Part shown: positions 49,641-61,659 of the stretch, piece by piece
Numbering within the stretch: the first letter of the stretch is position 1
Layout: every line of letters begins with the position of its first letter
Origin: Takakia lepidozioides
Taxonomy: Eukaryota > Plantae > Bryophyta
Reading direction: 5' to 3'
DNA length: 64,000 nucleotides
Assembly (NCBI GenBank): GCA_030704615.1
Contig: CM060732.1
Location: forward strand, 3,286,001 to 3,350,000
Notes under the pieces: model-generated
Told to the model about the DNA's origin: nothing
Databases searched by the model: none
What the model saw: the letters and a program-made list of their open reading frames with translations, nothing else
Program-made: the position numbers and the translations under genes

Positions 49641-50520
49641 AAAAATGGCGCCATTTTTCCAGTACAGGGTCCGAAAATGGCTAAGTCCTTGGGGCGGATG
49701 GCACATATTCTGGAAATTCGGCGCCATTTTTCCAGTTCCGGGCCTAGTCAGTTCTGGGACTTAGCCATTTTCGGACCTTGTACTCGAAAAATGACGCCAT
49801 TTTTCCAGTACACGGTCCGAAAATGGCTAAGTCCATGGGGCGGATGGCACATATTCTGGAAATTCGGCGCCATTTTTCCAGTTCCGGGCCCAGTCATTTC
49901 TGGGACTTAGCCATTTTCGGACCCTGTACTGGAAAAATGGCGCCATTTTTCCAGTACAGGGTCCGAAAATGGCTAAGTCCCTGGAGCGGATGGCACATAT
50001 TCTGGAAATTCGGCGCCATTTTTCCAGTTCCGGGCCCAGTCATTTTTGGGACTTAGCCATTTTCGGACCCTGTACTGGAAAAATGGTGCCATTTTTCCAG
50101 TACAGGGTCCGAAAATGGCTAAGTCCCTGGGGCGGATGGCACATATTCTGGAAATTCGGCGCCATTTTTCCAGTTTCGGGCCCAGTCAGATCTGGGACTT
50201 AGCCATTTTCGGACCCTGTACTGGAAAAATGGCGCCATTTTTCCAGTACAGGGTCCAAAAATGGCTAAGTCCATGGGGCGGATGGCACATATTCTGGAAA
50301 TTCGGCGCCATTTTTCCAGTTCCGGGCCCAGTCAGTTCTGGGACTTAGCCATTTTTGGACCCTGTACTGGAAAAATGGCGCCATTTTTCTAGTACAGGGT
50401 CCAAAAATGGTTAAGTCCCTGGGGCGGATGACACATATTCTGGAAATTCGGCGGCATTTTTCCAGTTCCGGGCCCAGTCAGATCTGGGACTTAGCCATTT
50501 TCGGACCCAGTCTGGAAAAA
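49641..50520. repeat. Six 146-bp tandem units, each with two GGCGCC-core sites 73 bp apart; includes a perfect 80-bp palindrome
   Basis: Units start at 49641, 49787, 49933, 50079, 50225 and 50371. 49902-49981 is self-complementary. Homologous in position to the cargo-gene intron at 34700-35312. Confidence 0.93.
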
Positions 50521-50554
50521 TGGATGTGATTCTGTCTGTGTTTTTTGAATGCAG

Positions 50555-51272
50555 GTACTGTAAGTTCTCTCTGTTGGAGAAAGTCCATGTGTCCTTCCAG
50601 CCGCCATTCTTCTTCGCATGGAGGAACCCTGGAGCTGACTCCATGTACATTGACGTTATCGTGAAGGAGTGGCATCTGGAGCATTTGCGCGACTGCCCTT
50701 GGTATGTGGACCTTCCGCCCGGCTCGCTCTACTCATCCGAGTTCCAATTGAAGCTGGATGCGGAGGCCCGACCAAATCGAGCTCCGCTGCCTCCGCTGGG
50801 TCCAAAGGAGGCGAAAGCGCTTGTCAAGTCCAGGAAAGCGGCAGAGCTTGCTTAGGCAGGTATTCAGGAGAAATTGAATGAGAAGAATAAAGGACAAATG
50901 AAAAGGACACGGAAACAGGGGAGTTAAGTAACCCCCAAAAAACAGAAAACCACCGGGGCACCAGAGGAGGCGCAGGAGGGGCCCCAAGGGAGTGACTCCG
51001 ACGACGACTTTGTGCAAGGTCCTGCGACTGCTGTTGCTACTACCAAGTCACCGGTCGTCCGGGTTCCCAAGTCAGTTCAGACTGGGACTGGCTCTGCCAA
51101 GAAGTTGGCATTTGAGGGCGAGCCTACACGGCGGTATTCGGCGGTGACGTTTCCGCAAATGCCAAAGTTAGAATCCCCAACTATCATCCAATGCGTCAAT
51201 GAGAGCTTTCTTGATGCTCTGGCTGCCAGGGCGAAGAAGGTGGCACACAACAAGTCTCTGGAGGAGCTGAAG
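50555..51272 (+). pseudogene. Exon of the ParB-MTase cargo gene from another MULE copy in opposite orientation
   Basis: CAG|G YCKFSLLEK.H.SF.PPFF.AWRNPGADSMY...LDALAARAKKVA is closely similar to 33918..34698(-). Internal stops. Confidence 0.88.
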
Positions 51273-52047
51273 GGGCAGTGCCCTGTAATCTTTTCATCTC
51301 CTCTACCAGTGCGTTGTACATTATGTCCGCCCATGCTACCTCTTCTCCTCTCAGGGCTTTGAGTATTTCCTCTGTGAAGGATCTGCTCAAATACTGTTGG
51401 TTCTGTTTCATGGCAAACCGAACGTTCAATACCTGGCCTACCTCCCTTAGCCCTGGGTACACGGCCTTGGTACAAGCATAACCCTGAGTTTTAAAGAAAC
51501 TCCCTTCTTGGAATAAGTCCCCTATTTGCAGTCTTGCCCTGTGCTCCTCCACATGCACGTGACCTGATGGCAATTCAAACAATTGCTGTAGGTATAGGGG
51601 AGTAATTTCTAATTCAACTCCCTTCACCGTTGTTGCTCCTGTCCTAGGCTCAAAGTTCTGCAAGAATTGTAACATGTACTGCCTATGGTGCAATGTCCAA
51701 TCTTTGCTTTGTAATCCTTCTAATCGCAGCTCCTTCAGTAACTGTACCGCGTGTGGAGTAGCAATCGTTTGTTTCTGCAGGATTGTGGTGCTCTTCACCC
51801 TGATTTCTTCCATTCCTCTCACTCTCTTCATTCTAGACCCACAAAAAGGTTTTGGCTGTAACAATTGAAGAAATGCCTGTAGGGCACAAAGCATAAACGT
51901 ATGGTTGCCACAAAATGCTATGGGTAATTTCTTGTAAGCCTGCGGGGCTTGCAAGCATCGATTAAGAGAAAAGATACTCTCTGTTCTTCTATCCCCGTGC
52001 CACAACGTAAGTAGTATCGCGAGCGTATAGTCTGTTAGTTCCTCCAT
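51273..52047 (-). CDS. N-terminus of the extra post-pol ORF (Athila ORF / putative plant transposon protein-like), truncated
   Basis: MLQFLQNFEPRTGATTVKGVELEITPLYLQQLFELP resembles the EFYAN...VRG..I.....I...LGLP motif. Conserved in element A. Confidence 0.6.
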
Positions 52048-52564
52048 AGCTTCAAAGCTATAGCATTGATGGTCTGTCCCGTCGTGACGCCCGTTACTTG
52101 GAACGACGCCGACTCTTGCGCTTAAAATTCCTCCATTTTCTTGATTCTGCTTCTGGTTTTTGATTGGCTATAACTGCTGTGACTGGATTTTAGATTTCAT
52201 TTTCTTCCATGGATTTTCCACTCTGGACTGTCCACTAGGATAGCACATGTGACATGGATTTCGCTTTTCGGTACTTTTTAAGGGTTCCGTTACCCTTTCC
52301 CCGTATGCATTAATGGGCCCATAATAAGTTAATGTGTCGGGTAGGTACTTTGACGGCCAATTTTGTCTTTTTCCTTGATGACAGTCGTTTTTGCAATCCA
52401 TGTCCGGTTGTGTGTCTCACCCTGGCGTCCACGTGTCCATTTCTACACGTGCCTTCGTCCACTTTTCCGCTGGCCACTCTCCGGATGTTAACCCACGTCC
52501 ACCTGTCACTGATCCTATGGATTATGTAACCCTAGTAGGCTGTGTTGTGCTGTGACAGGCTGTG

Positions 52565-54124
52565 TCATACTGTGGTACGCTGTGATAGGCTGTGACACGC
52601 TGTGATGGGCTGTGATAGGCTGTGTTGCGCCGTGCTGGGCTGTGATATGCTGTGTCGCGCCGTGCTGGGCTGTGATAGGCTGTGTTGCGCCGTGCTGGCC
52701 TGTGATATGTTGTGTCGCGCCGTGCTGGGCTGTGATAGGCTGTGTCGTTGTGCTGGGCTGTGATACTCTGTTGGTATCACTGGCGCAGCCCGTGACTGCT
52801 TTTGCGTTTCAACATGCAAATCATGCTGCAATGGTTTGTCATGGATACCACTGTACCCCTTCAACTTATTGGCATTGACTCTTCCCAGCATCTCTTTGTT
52901 AATGGTTTGTAACATGGCGGTGTTGTTATCATACATCTTCTGTATGACATAAGGTCCTTTCCATGGTGATTTAAGCTTAGAAGCTTTAATCTTTCTCTTC
53001 TTCTGCAACCAGATAACCAAATCTCCCGTCTTAAAAGTCTTTATCTTGCCTTCATCAAACTGTTCCTTTCTCTTCATCTGTATTCTGGTCATGTTATCAG
53101 CTGCATCAGCACGTACTTCTTCCACATGGTATAATTCATGTTTCCTGACCTTAATTGAATCTTGCAATTCCATTCTCTTTCCCCATTCCGTTCTCATGGT
53201 AGGTAACAGGAATTCCACTGGAAGTAAAGCTTCCATACCATAAACTAATTGGAATGGTGTATACTTAGTGGTGACTTTATATGAAGTCATGTATGACCAC
53301 AAAGCTGTCAGCAGCTTTGTATCCCAATCCGTTCTGTTTGCATTGACTATCTTAGCCAAGATAATACATAGTATTTTGTTGGTAGCCTCTGCCTGCCCAT
53401 TACCCTGTGGGTAATATGGTGTACTCTTCATATGCACAATCATGAACTCTTTAGTCAATAATTCAATGGTCTCATTAATGAAGTGACTTCCCTGATCACT
53501 GATAAATTCCAAGGGACAGCCAAATCGTGTAAGTATGTTCTCATACAGGAACCTTGTTGTGGACTTGGCTGTGTTGTCCTTCAAAGCTTTAGCTTCCACC
53601 CACTTCGTAGTATAATCAGTGGCTGTAATTATGTACCTGTTCTGTGTATTCTTGGCTGGTGGGTTAATTGGTCCAACAAAGTCTAGTCCCCATTTCTGAA
53701 ATGGTTCCGTAGGCATTGTAGGATGCAAAGCCATCTTCCCAGATCTCTGCAAAGGTCCTAGCCTCTGACATTCATCACAACTCTGACAATACTTGTGTAC
53801 ATCTTTGAACAAAGTAGGCCACCAGTAACCTGCATGTAGTATCTTCCTACTGGTAGTCTCTTCTCCAAAATGACCTCTTGCCAGTCCTTTATGAACTTCC
53901 TCCAAAACTTTATTAACTTCATGGTGGTATAAGCATTGCTTCAACACTCCATCTGGTCCTAGCTTATACATTATGCTCCCTACCATAGTGTAAGGTAGAG
54001 CCTTGATAGCAATTCTCTTTCTTTGCTCCTTTCCATAACTTGGTGGGCACTGACCATGAGCAAGGTAGTATCTGATTGGCCACTGCCAATCTAACCAGTC
54101 ATCTGCACTTCCCTGCACCTCCAC
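52565..54124 (-). CDS. Gypsy integrase (ORF runs on into a 30-bp tandem repeat at 52540-52765)
   Basis: HHCC finger, WGLDFVGP, ISDQGSHF, GQAEATNK and the GPY motif WKGPYVI. Confidence 0.9.
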   Translation of the reverse strand: MEVQGSADDWLDWQWPIRYYLAHGQCPPSYGKEQRKRIAIKALPYTMVGSIMYKLGPDGVLKQCLYHHEVNKVLEEVHKGLARGHFGEETTSRKILHAGYWWPTLFKDVHKYCQSCDECQRLGPLQRSGKMALHPTMPTEPFQKWGLDFVGPINPPAKNTQNRYIITATDYTTKWVEAKALKDNTAKSTTRFLYENILTRFGCPLEFISDQGSHFINETIELLTKEFMIVHMKSTPYYPQGNGQAEATNKILCIILAKIVNANRTDWDTKLLTALWSYMTSYKVTTKYTPFQLVYGMEALLPVEFLLPTMRTEWGKRMELQDSIKVRKHELYHVEEVRADAADNMTRIQMKRKEQFDEGKIKTFKTGDLVIWLQKKRKIKASKLKSPWKGPYVIQKMYDNNTAMLQTINKEMLGRVNANKLKGYSGIHDKPLQHDLHVETQKQSRAAPVIPTEYHSPAQRHSLSQPSTARHNISQASTAQHSLSQPSTARHSISQPSTAQHSLSQPITACHSLSQRTTV

Positions 54125-54148
54125 TGCAAATAGACTCGCATCTGGTAA

Positions 54149-56814
54149 TTAATCATCTACTCCCGTGGCTGGTTCTCCTGTTGATAACCGTGACAAGTGA
54201 TCCGCCACAAGATGCAGCCTCCCAGGCTTGTAAACAACCTCGAACTCAAATTCGTGCAAGATTATCAACCATCTTGCTATTCTTCCGCTTATCAGAGGTT
54301 TGTTTACCAGGTATATCAGAGCCTGGTGATCCACATAGAACATAAACTTCTTGCCCAACAAGTAATGCCTGAATTTCTTCACTGCATAGATCATTGCCAA
54401 TTCTTCTCTTTCCATTGTGCTATAATTTCTTTCGGCATTGTTCATCAATCTGCTAGCATAGTACACAGGTGAATCTATCATTCCTGTTACATTTTGGGCT
54501 AACACTGCTCCTAGTGCTTCTCCTAAAGCATCACAGTGAACATGAAATATTTCCTGCCAGTGAGGATTAATCAGCACAGTGTAGTTGTTACTGACAATGT
54601 AAGTTCCTCAAAAGCCTGTTGACATTCAGCTGTCCATGCAAACACTGCATCTTTCTTCAGAAGCTTGCTCAATGGTGCTGCTATCTGTGCATACCGTCTG
54701 ACAAATCTTCTGTAATAACTGGTTTGCCCAAGGAATCTCCTTAGACTCTTAACATTCACTGGTGGTGGAGAGGCTTTAATGGCCTCTATTTTCCTAGGAT
54801 CCACAAGAAGTCCCCTCTTACACACAATGTGTCCCAGAAGCACCCCTGAGTTCACACAGAAAGTACACTTCTATGGATTCAGGCCCAGACCTCTCATCCT
54901 GCATCTGGCCAGACATAACTCCAATTTATGCAAGTGCTCATTCTTAGAGCTGTACACACTGAAATCATCCAAGAACACCTGCATGAAATCATCCAGATAC
55001 TCATGAAAAGATTCACTTATCACTCTCTGAAAGGTTGCTGGTGCATTACAAAGTCCAAAGGGCATGACTTTGTATGCATAAGCACCCCAGTCTGTGATGA
55101 AAGCTGTCTTTCCTTGGTCTTATTCTGCCACTTGCACTTGATTATAACCACTGAAGCCATCCATGAATGAGTACATCTCATGGCCTGCCACAGTGTCCAA
55201 TACTACTTCTGTGAATGGCAAAGGGAAAGGATTTTTCTTCGTACAAGTATTCAACTTCTTGTAGTTCACACAAACTCTTAGTTTACCATTCTTCTTGGGA
55301 ACTATCACAATGGGTGACAACCAAGTTGTATACTCTATTGGGTATATAAACTTAGCCTCAGCCAACTTCTCGATCTCCTCTCCAACCTTCTGTGCATAGT
55401 TGGGATTCATTCTGTACCTTGCCTGCTTGATTGGTACTGACCCTGGTTCCAGTTCAATCTTATGCTGACAGATCTCAGGTGGTATCCCTTTTAGATCCTC
55501 GTAGCTCCAAGCAAATACATCTCTGTATTTCAACACAGTTATTGTGATCATAAAGATCATCTTTTGAATCTGTATCTTAACTCCTCTTATCAATCCCAAT
55601 GGCTGTACACTTCTTTGATCTGCCATTGTTACTGTAAATGGGGCTGGTTTCATGTTATTTAGACCAAGCTTCTGCCTTAATTGGTCTGTCATGATATTCA
55701 CTCCAGAGCCTCCATCTATCAGTACACCAGTTAGTTCTGTGCTTCCAATTCTCAATTGGATTACCGGCATAGAATCATCAAAGTCCATGACTGTTTCTCG
55801 CCCTTCCGGCTTCACATTATAACTGGTCACCTTGCTGTTCAGGTCTGTGTTTCCTGTCACATGGGCAATTCGATTGATTGCTTGATACAGCCTGTGTCTA
55901 CAATAAGGTGCCACAGCCAATAGCTGTCCAATGGTAATCTCTGCTTTGGTCTGGCATATTACTTCAGCCAAAGTCCCTTCATTACTTTGCATGTCTGTAG
56001 CTTCTTTCTTCCTTTCATCCTCACTCACTTCTTCTTCTCCATCAGAATCAGAGGAATCTGCCACACGAATATCAGTACTCTTCTGCATTTCCCTTATGGT
56101 ATCTGCCACTTCCTTGTGCAGTTCCTTCTCATCTCTCCAAGCCTCATCATCTTTAGGCATATCACTGCCACCTTCATTATCATCATCTTCCTCAACTACT
56201 GGAGGTATTAGTTTGGCTTTGCTTCTTGTTACTATCATTGTACTTACTTCTGGTACAACACATGGCCTAACCATGTGAGCTGCCACCACTGGGCCCTCAT
56301 TCACAGGAGCTCTCATCTCATTCTGGTGTCTAATCCAGAACGAACAGGCTTCCTTGCGATGTCCTGGCTGATTACAATAGTAACACAGTTCTTCACCATT
56401 GGGTCCTCGCCCTTGGTCTGCTCTTGGATTATTTCTGTAATCCTGATTCCCTGGCTGGTAATTCCCCCTTGGATTACCCAGATAGTTGCCTCTGGAATTT
56501 CCTTGGTAATTCCCTCTTGAATTACCTCTCCCTTCCATGCCATTGTTATAACCACCAGGCCTACCATAGTGGTCCTGATCATTGTTTCTTCTTGGCTGGG
56601 GCTGCACTTGATGCACCCTTACTTGCCTAGGTTCTCTTGCAGCTGTCCTTCTGTTGTAGTAACAATTCTCAGTAGAATGGTTATCCATTTTACAGATAGT
56701 ACAGTGTTTCTCCTTCATGTGGCATCGAGTGGTGGTATGGCCTTCATTCTGGCACTTTGCACACCAAACACCCTTCCTCCAATGTGTTGCAGCCTCTGTG
56801 GCATACTTCTTCAA
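54149..56814 (-). pseudogene. Gypsy zinc knuckles, protease, RT and RNase H (disrupted)
   Basis: CCHC knuckles, LIDGGSG, SFMDGFSGYNQ, MPFGLCNAPATFQR, FLDDF, HCDA and NYSTMERE; stops and frameshifts. Confidence 0.9.
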
Positions 56815-56849
56815 GATTTATTCTAATCTTTTCTCATAGTTATCCCTCT

Positions 56850-58280
56850 TCAACTTCTCCTTTCTCTTACTCTTCCTTTTAGTTCTTGCTCTTCTTCGTC
56901 ATCTGACTCATCCTCAGAGTCCTCATCATCCCTTTTCTCTCTCCTGAACATTCCCAATCGCTCAATTCTGTTTGCAGTTTCAAATGCCTCCTCCACTGTA
57001 TTATGGGGTAACATATCCACTTTCTTTTGCAACTCTGGTCTTAGTCCACTCACAAACCAAGTCTTTTGTAAACCTGGTGCTGGTACAGTAGCCAGCTTTT
57101 TCATCATCAATTCCATCTTTTCCATATACTCCTCAACAGTTTCATGCTTCTTTTGCTTTAACTGTTGTAAACTTCCATACACTTCATCCTCAGTTTTACT
57201 TGTCCTAAACCTATTTCGGAATGCTGTATTCAAGCCATTCCAGGTTATGAAATGATTATCAGGGAATCTTGCATACCATTCACTTGCATTCTTGATAAGT
57301 GAACAAGGAAACAATCTCATCTTGGCATCATCGCCATTCTCATTGTTCACTATACACATGTGCTCAAATTGGCTAATGTGTACATCGGGATCCCCTTTTC
57401 CTGAATATATTGGAAAAGGTGGTTTTGCCCGTGTTGGTTGTAACGCCATCTGTGGTCGTACCCTCTGCCCACTGACAGGTGTTGGCACCCTTGCTGGTGC
57501 TGGTCTTTCAGGACCTGTTGTTGTTGTGGTGGATCTTCCACCAAGTGGTGGCCCTTGAGCACTCCCTGCTACTGGCCCCACGATATTCACAGTATTCCCA
57601 GCTCCAGTTGCACTACTTCCCACACTCCTTGTCCCCCCAGAGCCAGATCCAGGCAGCCCGCCTGATCCCCCTGAGCCGACACCTTCGTTGGCCTGTGATC
57701 CAAGTGCTCCACTTGATCCAGGTCCAACGGGTTGGGATGTCCTGGTTGTAGTCTCAACCTCAGCTGTTGGGTCTACTTCTTCATACTCTTCCTCTTCCAA
57801 TTTCTTCTCTCTATTTTCATCCTCCAAGTTCTGCCCTTGGGTTTCTTCTTCACTCATGTAACTCAACTGTAATGGTGTTGGAGAGTCTGAACTCTCCGTT
57901 GGCTCTGCCACATCCTCTCCTCCTTCTTCACCTTCCGCTTCAGAAACTGGAGTTCCTGCTTTTGGTGTTCCATGCCAACTCTTATCAAAGATTTCTGTCA
58001 AATCTTTTATCCAGGGATGTACCTCAGATCTTTCACCTCGTGATTGATCTTCTTCCCATACCAATTCCCTTAATCTTTCTTGCAAAGAAAAATAAGGGGT
58101 GGCATCCAACTCTAACTCTTCCGGTATGGGTGATGTACTCCCTGATCTTAATGGTGTGAGAGGTCCAGATGATTCCCCTATGTCTATTCCTCTCTCCCAA
58201 AGATATGGATAATTAGCTTTCAGATAGCTTTCTCTTTTTGCTAAATATCTCTGGAGTCTAGCTTCTCTTTCATCACTCAT
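56850..58280 (-). CDS. Gypsy Gag (capsid region)
   Basis: YSGKGDPDVHISQFE...LFPCSLIKNASEWY...TWNGLNTAFRNRF...QKKHETVEEY...FVSGLRPEL. Confidence 0.85.
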   Translation of the reverse strand: MSDEREARLQRYLAKRESYLKANYPYLWERGIDIGESSGPLTPLRSGSTSPIPEELELDATPYFSLQERLRELVWEEDQSRGERSEVHPWIKDLTEIFDKSWHGTPKAGTPVSEAEGEEGGEDVAEPTESSDSPTPLQLSYMSEEETQGQNLEDENREKKLEEEEYEEVDPTAEVETTTRTSQPVGPGSSGALGSQANEGVGSGGSGGLPGSGSGGTRSVGSSATGAGNTVNIVGPVAGSAQGPPLGGRSTTTTTGPERPAPARVPTPVSGQRVRPQMALQPTRAKPPFPIYSGKGDPDVHISQFEHMCIVNNENGDDAKMRLFPCSLIKNASEWYARFPDNHFITWNGLNTAFRNRFRTSKTEDEVYGSLQQLKQKKHETVEEYMEKMELMMKKLATVPAPGLQKTWFVSGLRPELQKKVDMLPHNTVEEAFETANRIERLGMFRREKRDDEDSEDESDDEEEQELKGRVRERRS

Positions 58281-58301
58281 GTCCCATGTCTTTCATTTCT
58301 T

Positions 58302-58997
58302 TTAATGTGGCAATAACCAAAACTCTCTTCTGTAATATCTCTCGTATATGCCTGGGTTTCTTTCAAGCTTCCATGCACCCTTGGCTATACTAGAAGTCTC
58401 CGTTACCATATAACCATATGGCAAACAAGTCTGGAAAGCTGTTCTTGGTGTGAGTTTGATCCACAAAATATCCTTTGGAATCCAATTCTTTACCAGTACA
58501 AGCTCTTCATGCATATGAGTATAAACATTCACCTTTCTTTCCTCCCAGCCTTCAAACTCTACTCGCTTAATGGATAGCAATGCTATCACATAAACCAGTG
58601 TTGGTAACCAACGTGCTCTTCCTCTACATGCCACCTGATAAATCTTTATCACTCCTTTCTATAGACCCCACTCAGGGTCAGCATCATGCACTCTCTTAAG
58701 AATGTTTTCTTTACAACCATCTGGCAATTCCAAGAACCTCTGAAAGAATCGTTTGGACAATCTTTCCTTCTCAGTTTCACATGGAATTTGATTAACATCA
58801 AATTCTTTAATTCTCCATCCACCATGATCCCACCAGATGCCTGTCACATCTGGTTGTTCATGACCCAGTTCCCCAGTATGGTCGCCAAATGTCGCGCGGC
58901 TTTTGCTCACCCATCCCTTCGCTATCCGAGGTGGGAACTCCAAGATAGAAGAGTTGGAAATCTCTAAGCACTCAACCCGCTCAGAACAATCAGTCAT
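58302..58997 (-). CDS. Conserved ORF of unknown function upstream of gag (~230 aa, one internal stop in this copy)
   Basis: 58659..58997 and 58302..58652 are in the same frame. The homolog 45474..46034 is open across the stop and closely similar. Confidence 0.6.
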
Positions 58998-61659
58998 GAC
59001 CTACAGCTAGTGTATCATGGGGGTGTTTCCTATTTGTACTCCTTCCCGCATTCATGTTAGCGAGTTACCTTACTATCTGCAATTAAGTATCAGTTTGCTT
59101 CAAAAATCTATCAAGTTCCATCCATCCATTCCACAGCTTCACTCAGGTCTCTCCACACAGTGTGAGTATGAAGTATGTATCAGATTAATATCAATCAAGT
59201 ATCAGGCTGAAGCCATGGTGTCTCTATTCTGCTCTACATTACAACTCTACTTCTTGCATTCAGCAAGTATCAACAGATCGTTCTCCTCCTACTCCGTGCT
59301 CTCCCTCTTTCTGCTCAGAGATACGCTCTCCGCTTCATTTCCATGTTGTGATCCCCCCCCCCCGAAGTCCTTCCAGAAGTGATCATCTTCCCCCAGAAGT
59401 GATCATTTTTCAGTCCTCGCTCCTGGCTTTATCTTCCTACCCGTTGTTCTAACCGTTTCCCTCACTAACCGTCATCCATGAACTAACATGTTCCATTCGC
59501 AGATGTTGTTCCCCACAGTCGTTCCCTGTCCTGCTATCCGTTCCCTATGGTCGTGACAGCAATGTCAAGCTGTGACTGGCTGTGTGAAACTGTGACGGGC
59601 TGTGACTGGCTGTGCGACTCTGCTGGGCTGTGTCGGGCTGTGTCGGGCTGTGAGGCTGTGACGGGCTGTGTTGGCTGTGTCTCTCCCCCCTAAAGCCTGT
59701 TGCTGTCACCCCTAAGGCTCTTGTTGGTCTCAGTTTGTGTAAAAATTAAGGGTACCCCACAGATCCCGTAAAAGCGTCTAAGTCCCAGACAGTCCTCTAA
59801 CAGTTGCCTCCAACATCTTGGCAGCGGCCAACTTCATATCCGCCTCCGACATGACGTCTGCTGCAGAGGGGTTCTCCGGCAGCCCACCAGGACCGCCAAA
59901 TCCAGCCTGTATGCTGCGGGTTTGGGGCCTGGGGATGTCCGGGAGGATGTCATCCTAGTCAGAAAGCTCGGTGTTGTCCTCCTCAACATGGTGAACCACC
60001 GGCGAAACCACCTCGAGCACTCTCCCTGTCTCTACTGCCATCTCCCCGGCTTCACCTCGAACTTGCACAATCCGTGCTCTTTGTGGTGTTCTTTCCTCTC
60101 CTCCACTCTCCACCGTATGGGTAATTGCAGGGGCTGCTCTTGTCCGCGATGGTGTAACCGGTGTGTTACTGCCTCTTTGTGGTGTCTTGGAGGGATCCAC
60201 CATCTCTGTGCGTCCCTCGCTTACATTGGCATCTGTCATTTGGGTACCCCTGGCCTCTTCAGTGGCCTTTTCTCTTTCCTCCTGGCTAGCCTTCTGTCTC
60301 GCCTGTTCTTTTGCCCTCTCTTTTGCCCTCTCACGGGCTTTCTGTTTCTTACTAGGGCTAGCAGTAGGGGAGCCCTCCAGGATGACCACCTTTGATTGAG
60401 GAGAAGGAACACCCTCACGCGCACTGCTCACTCCCCCCTCCACAGCCCGTGACGGCTCTCTTGCCAGGGATTGCATGTGCTTAGCTTTCTTCTCCTTCTT
60501 TGCGTGGGCGGGCCCTACTGCATGTGCATCAACAACCTCCATTGCCGGATCTGCTGTCCTCACGCCCTTCACCTGCCATGCCGTCTGCACCAACCTCCCC
60601 AATGCCTATTCTGTCGTACCCTCGCTGCAGGTCCTCCTGTCCACCAACAAAAGGTTGAAGTTTTCCCTCTCGCCCCAAGTTGGGTGATTCAAACATGCGA
60701 TGAGTTGGAGCGGTCGATGATACCACCAGCGTGTCGGGCTCGTCGTCACTCTGTCATTCCCAAAATCGTCAGAACCAACATCGGTGCCAAAACCAGCATC
60801 GCAACGAGCAGCGCAACCACCATAGCAACAATCGTGGAACAACAATGAAAACAAAACAAGTTTAGGAAGTATGGAGTGCCATGGAACAACAATGAAAACA
60901 AATCCAACCAATGCCTAAGAATGACATGCACAAGCAGCCTTCTCCAGAGCTGCCGGCTTTGCACACGCATTGCAAACTATCTAAGGTTCACTCAACCGGT
61001 AATATGAAACACGATGAACAAATGATCAGGAATTCCATAAGACGGGAAAACAGGGTGAAATGTTTTGAAGGCACTTCATCTTCTCAGCTCAGCATGGATT
61101 TCCTTAATTTTTAACCACCCAGACCTTGATCATTCTTCGCAACAGCTGCTGCTTTTGCGATGCAGCCATACGCTTCCAGCGATGCCAGGATGAAGATGCA
61201 AAAACAAAGCGAAACAACAAAGCGAAAGCAAAAGCGAAAGCGAACAAAGCGAAAGTAGAAGTGGCTTGCCTGAGAGTACTCGGCTTCAGTTGGCGCGGGT
61301 TGTGAGCAAGACACTGGAATCTCCTGCTGGAGCTTAAGTTTGGCCATGCGAGAGATTGGCCGTCGTCTGTAGTACAAAGCTTTCAACTTCCGCCGCGGTC
61401 TGGATGTGAGGTCTCTCTCAGGAGAGCCACGCCCTTCAGGCGGCATAAGTCCCAGCCAAAATGGAAAAAGATTTCAGTTTTTTGGGGTACATCCCTCGAA
61501 TAGAAGTTAATCCAAGATTAGCATCAGATTTAGGGTACGTATCAAGGAAGCCATGTGTCGCCAGCCCGAATAAAAACGGACGGCGGTGGACATTTAATGC
61601 CCAACTACGCAATTAAATGTCGGATGAAGCCCTCCCTGTCGGATGAAATATGACGCAAC

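Larger units (their letters stand above)
51273..59802 (-). mobile_element. Non-chromovirus Ty3/Gypsy LTR retrotransposon (element C), 3'-truncated, inserted in the cargo gene of MULE copy 2
   Basis: 5' terminus TGTTAGAGG at 59802. Order is leader ORF, gag, protease, RT, RNase H, integrase, extra ORF. The flank GTTGCCTCCAACATC at 59803 matches about 37129. Confidence 0.92.

Noticed and set aside
52540-52765. His/Ser/Gln-rich integrase tail as a chromodomain or real domain
   Set aside because: It is read-through into a GGCTGTG-based tandem repeat; the same motif is repeated in the LTR.
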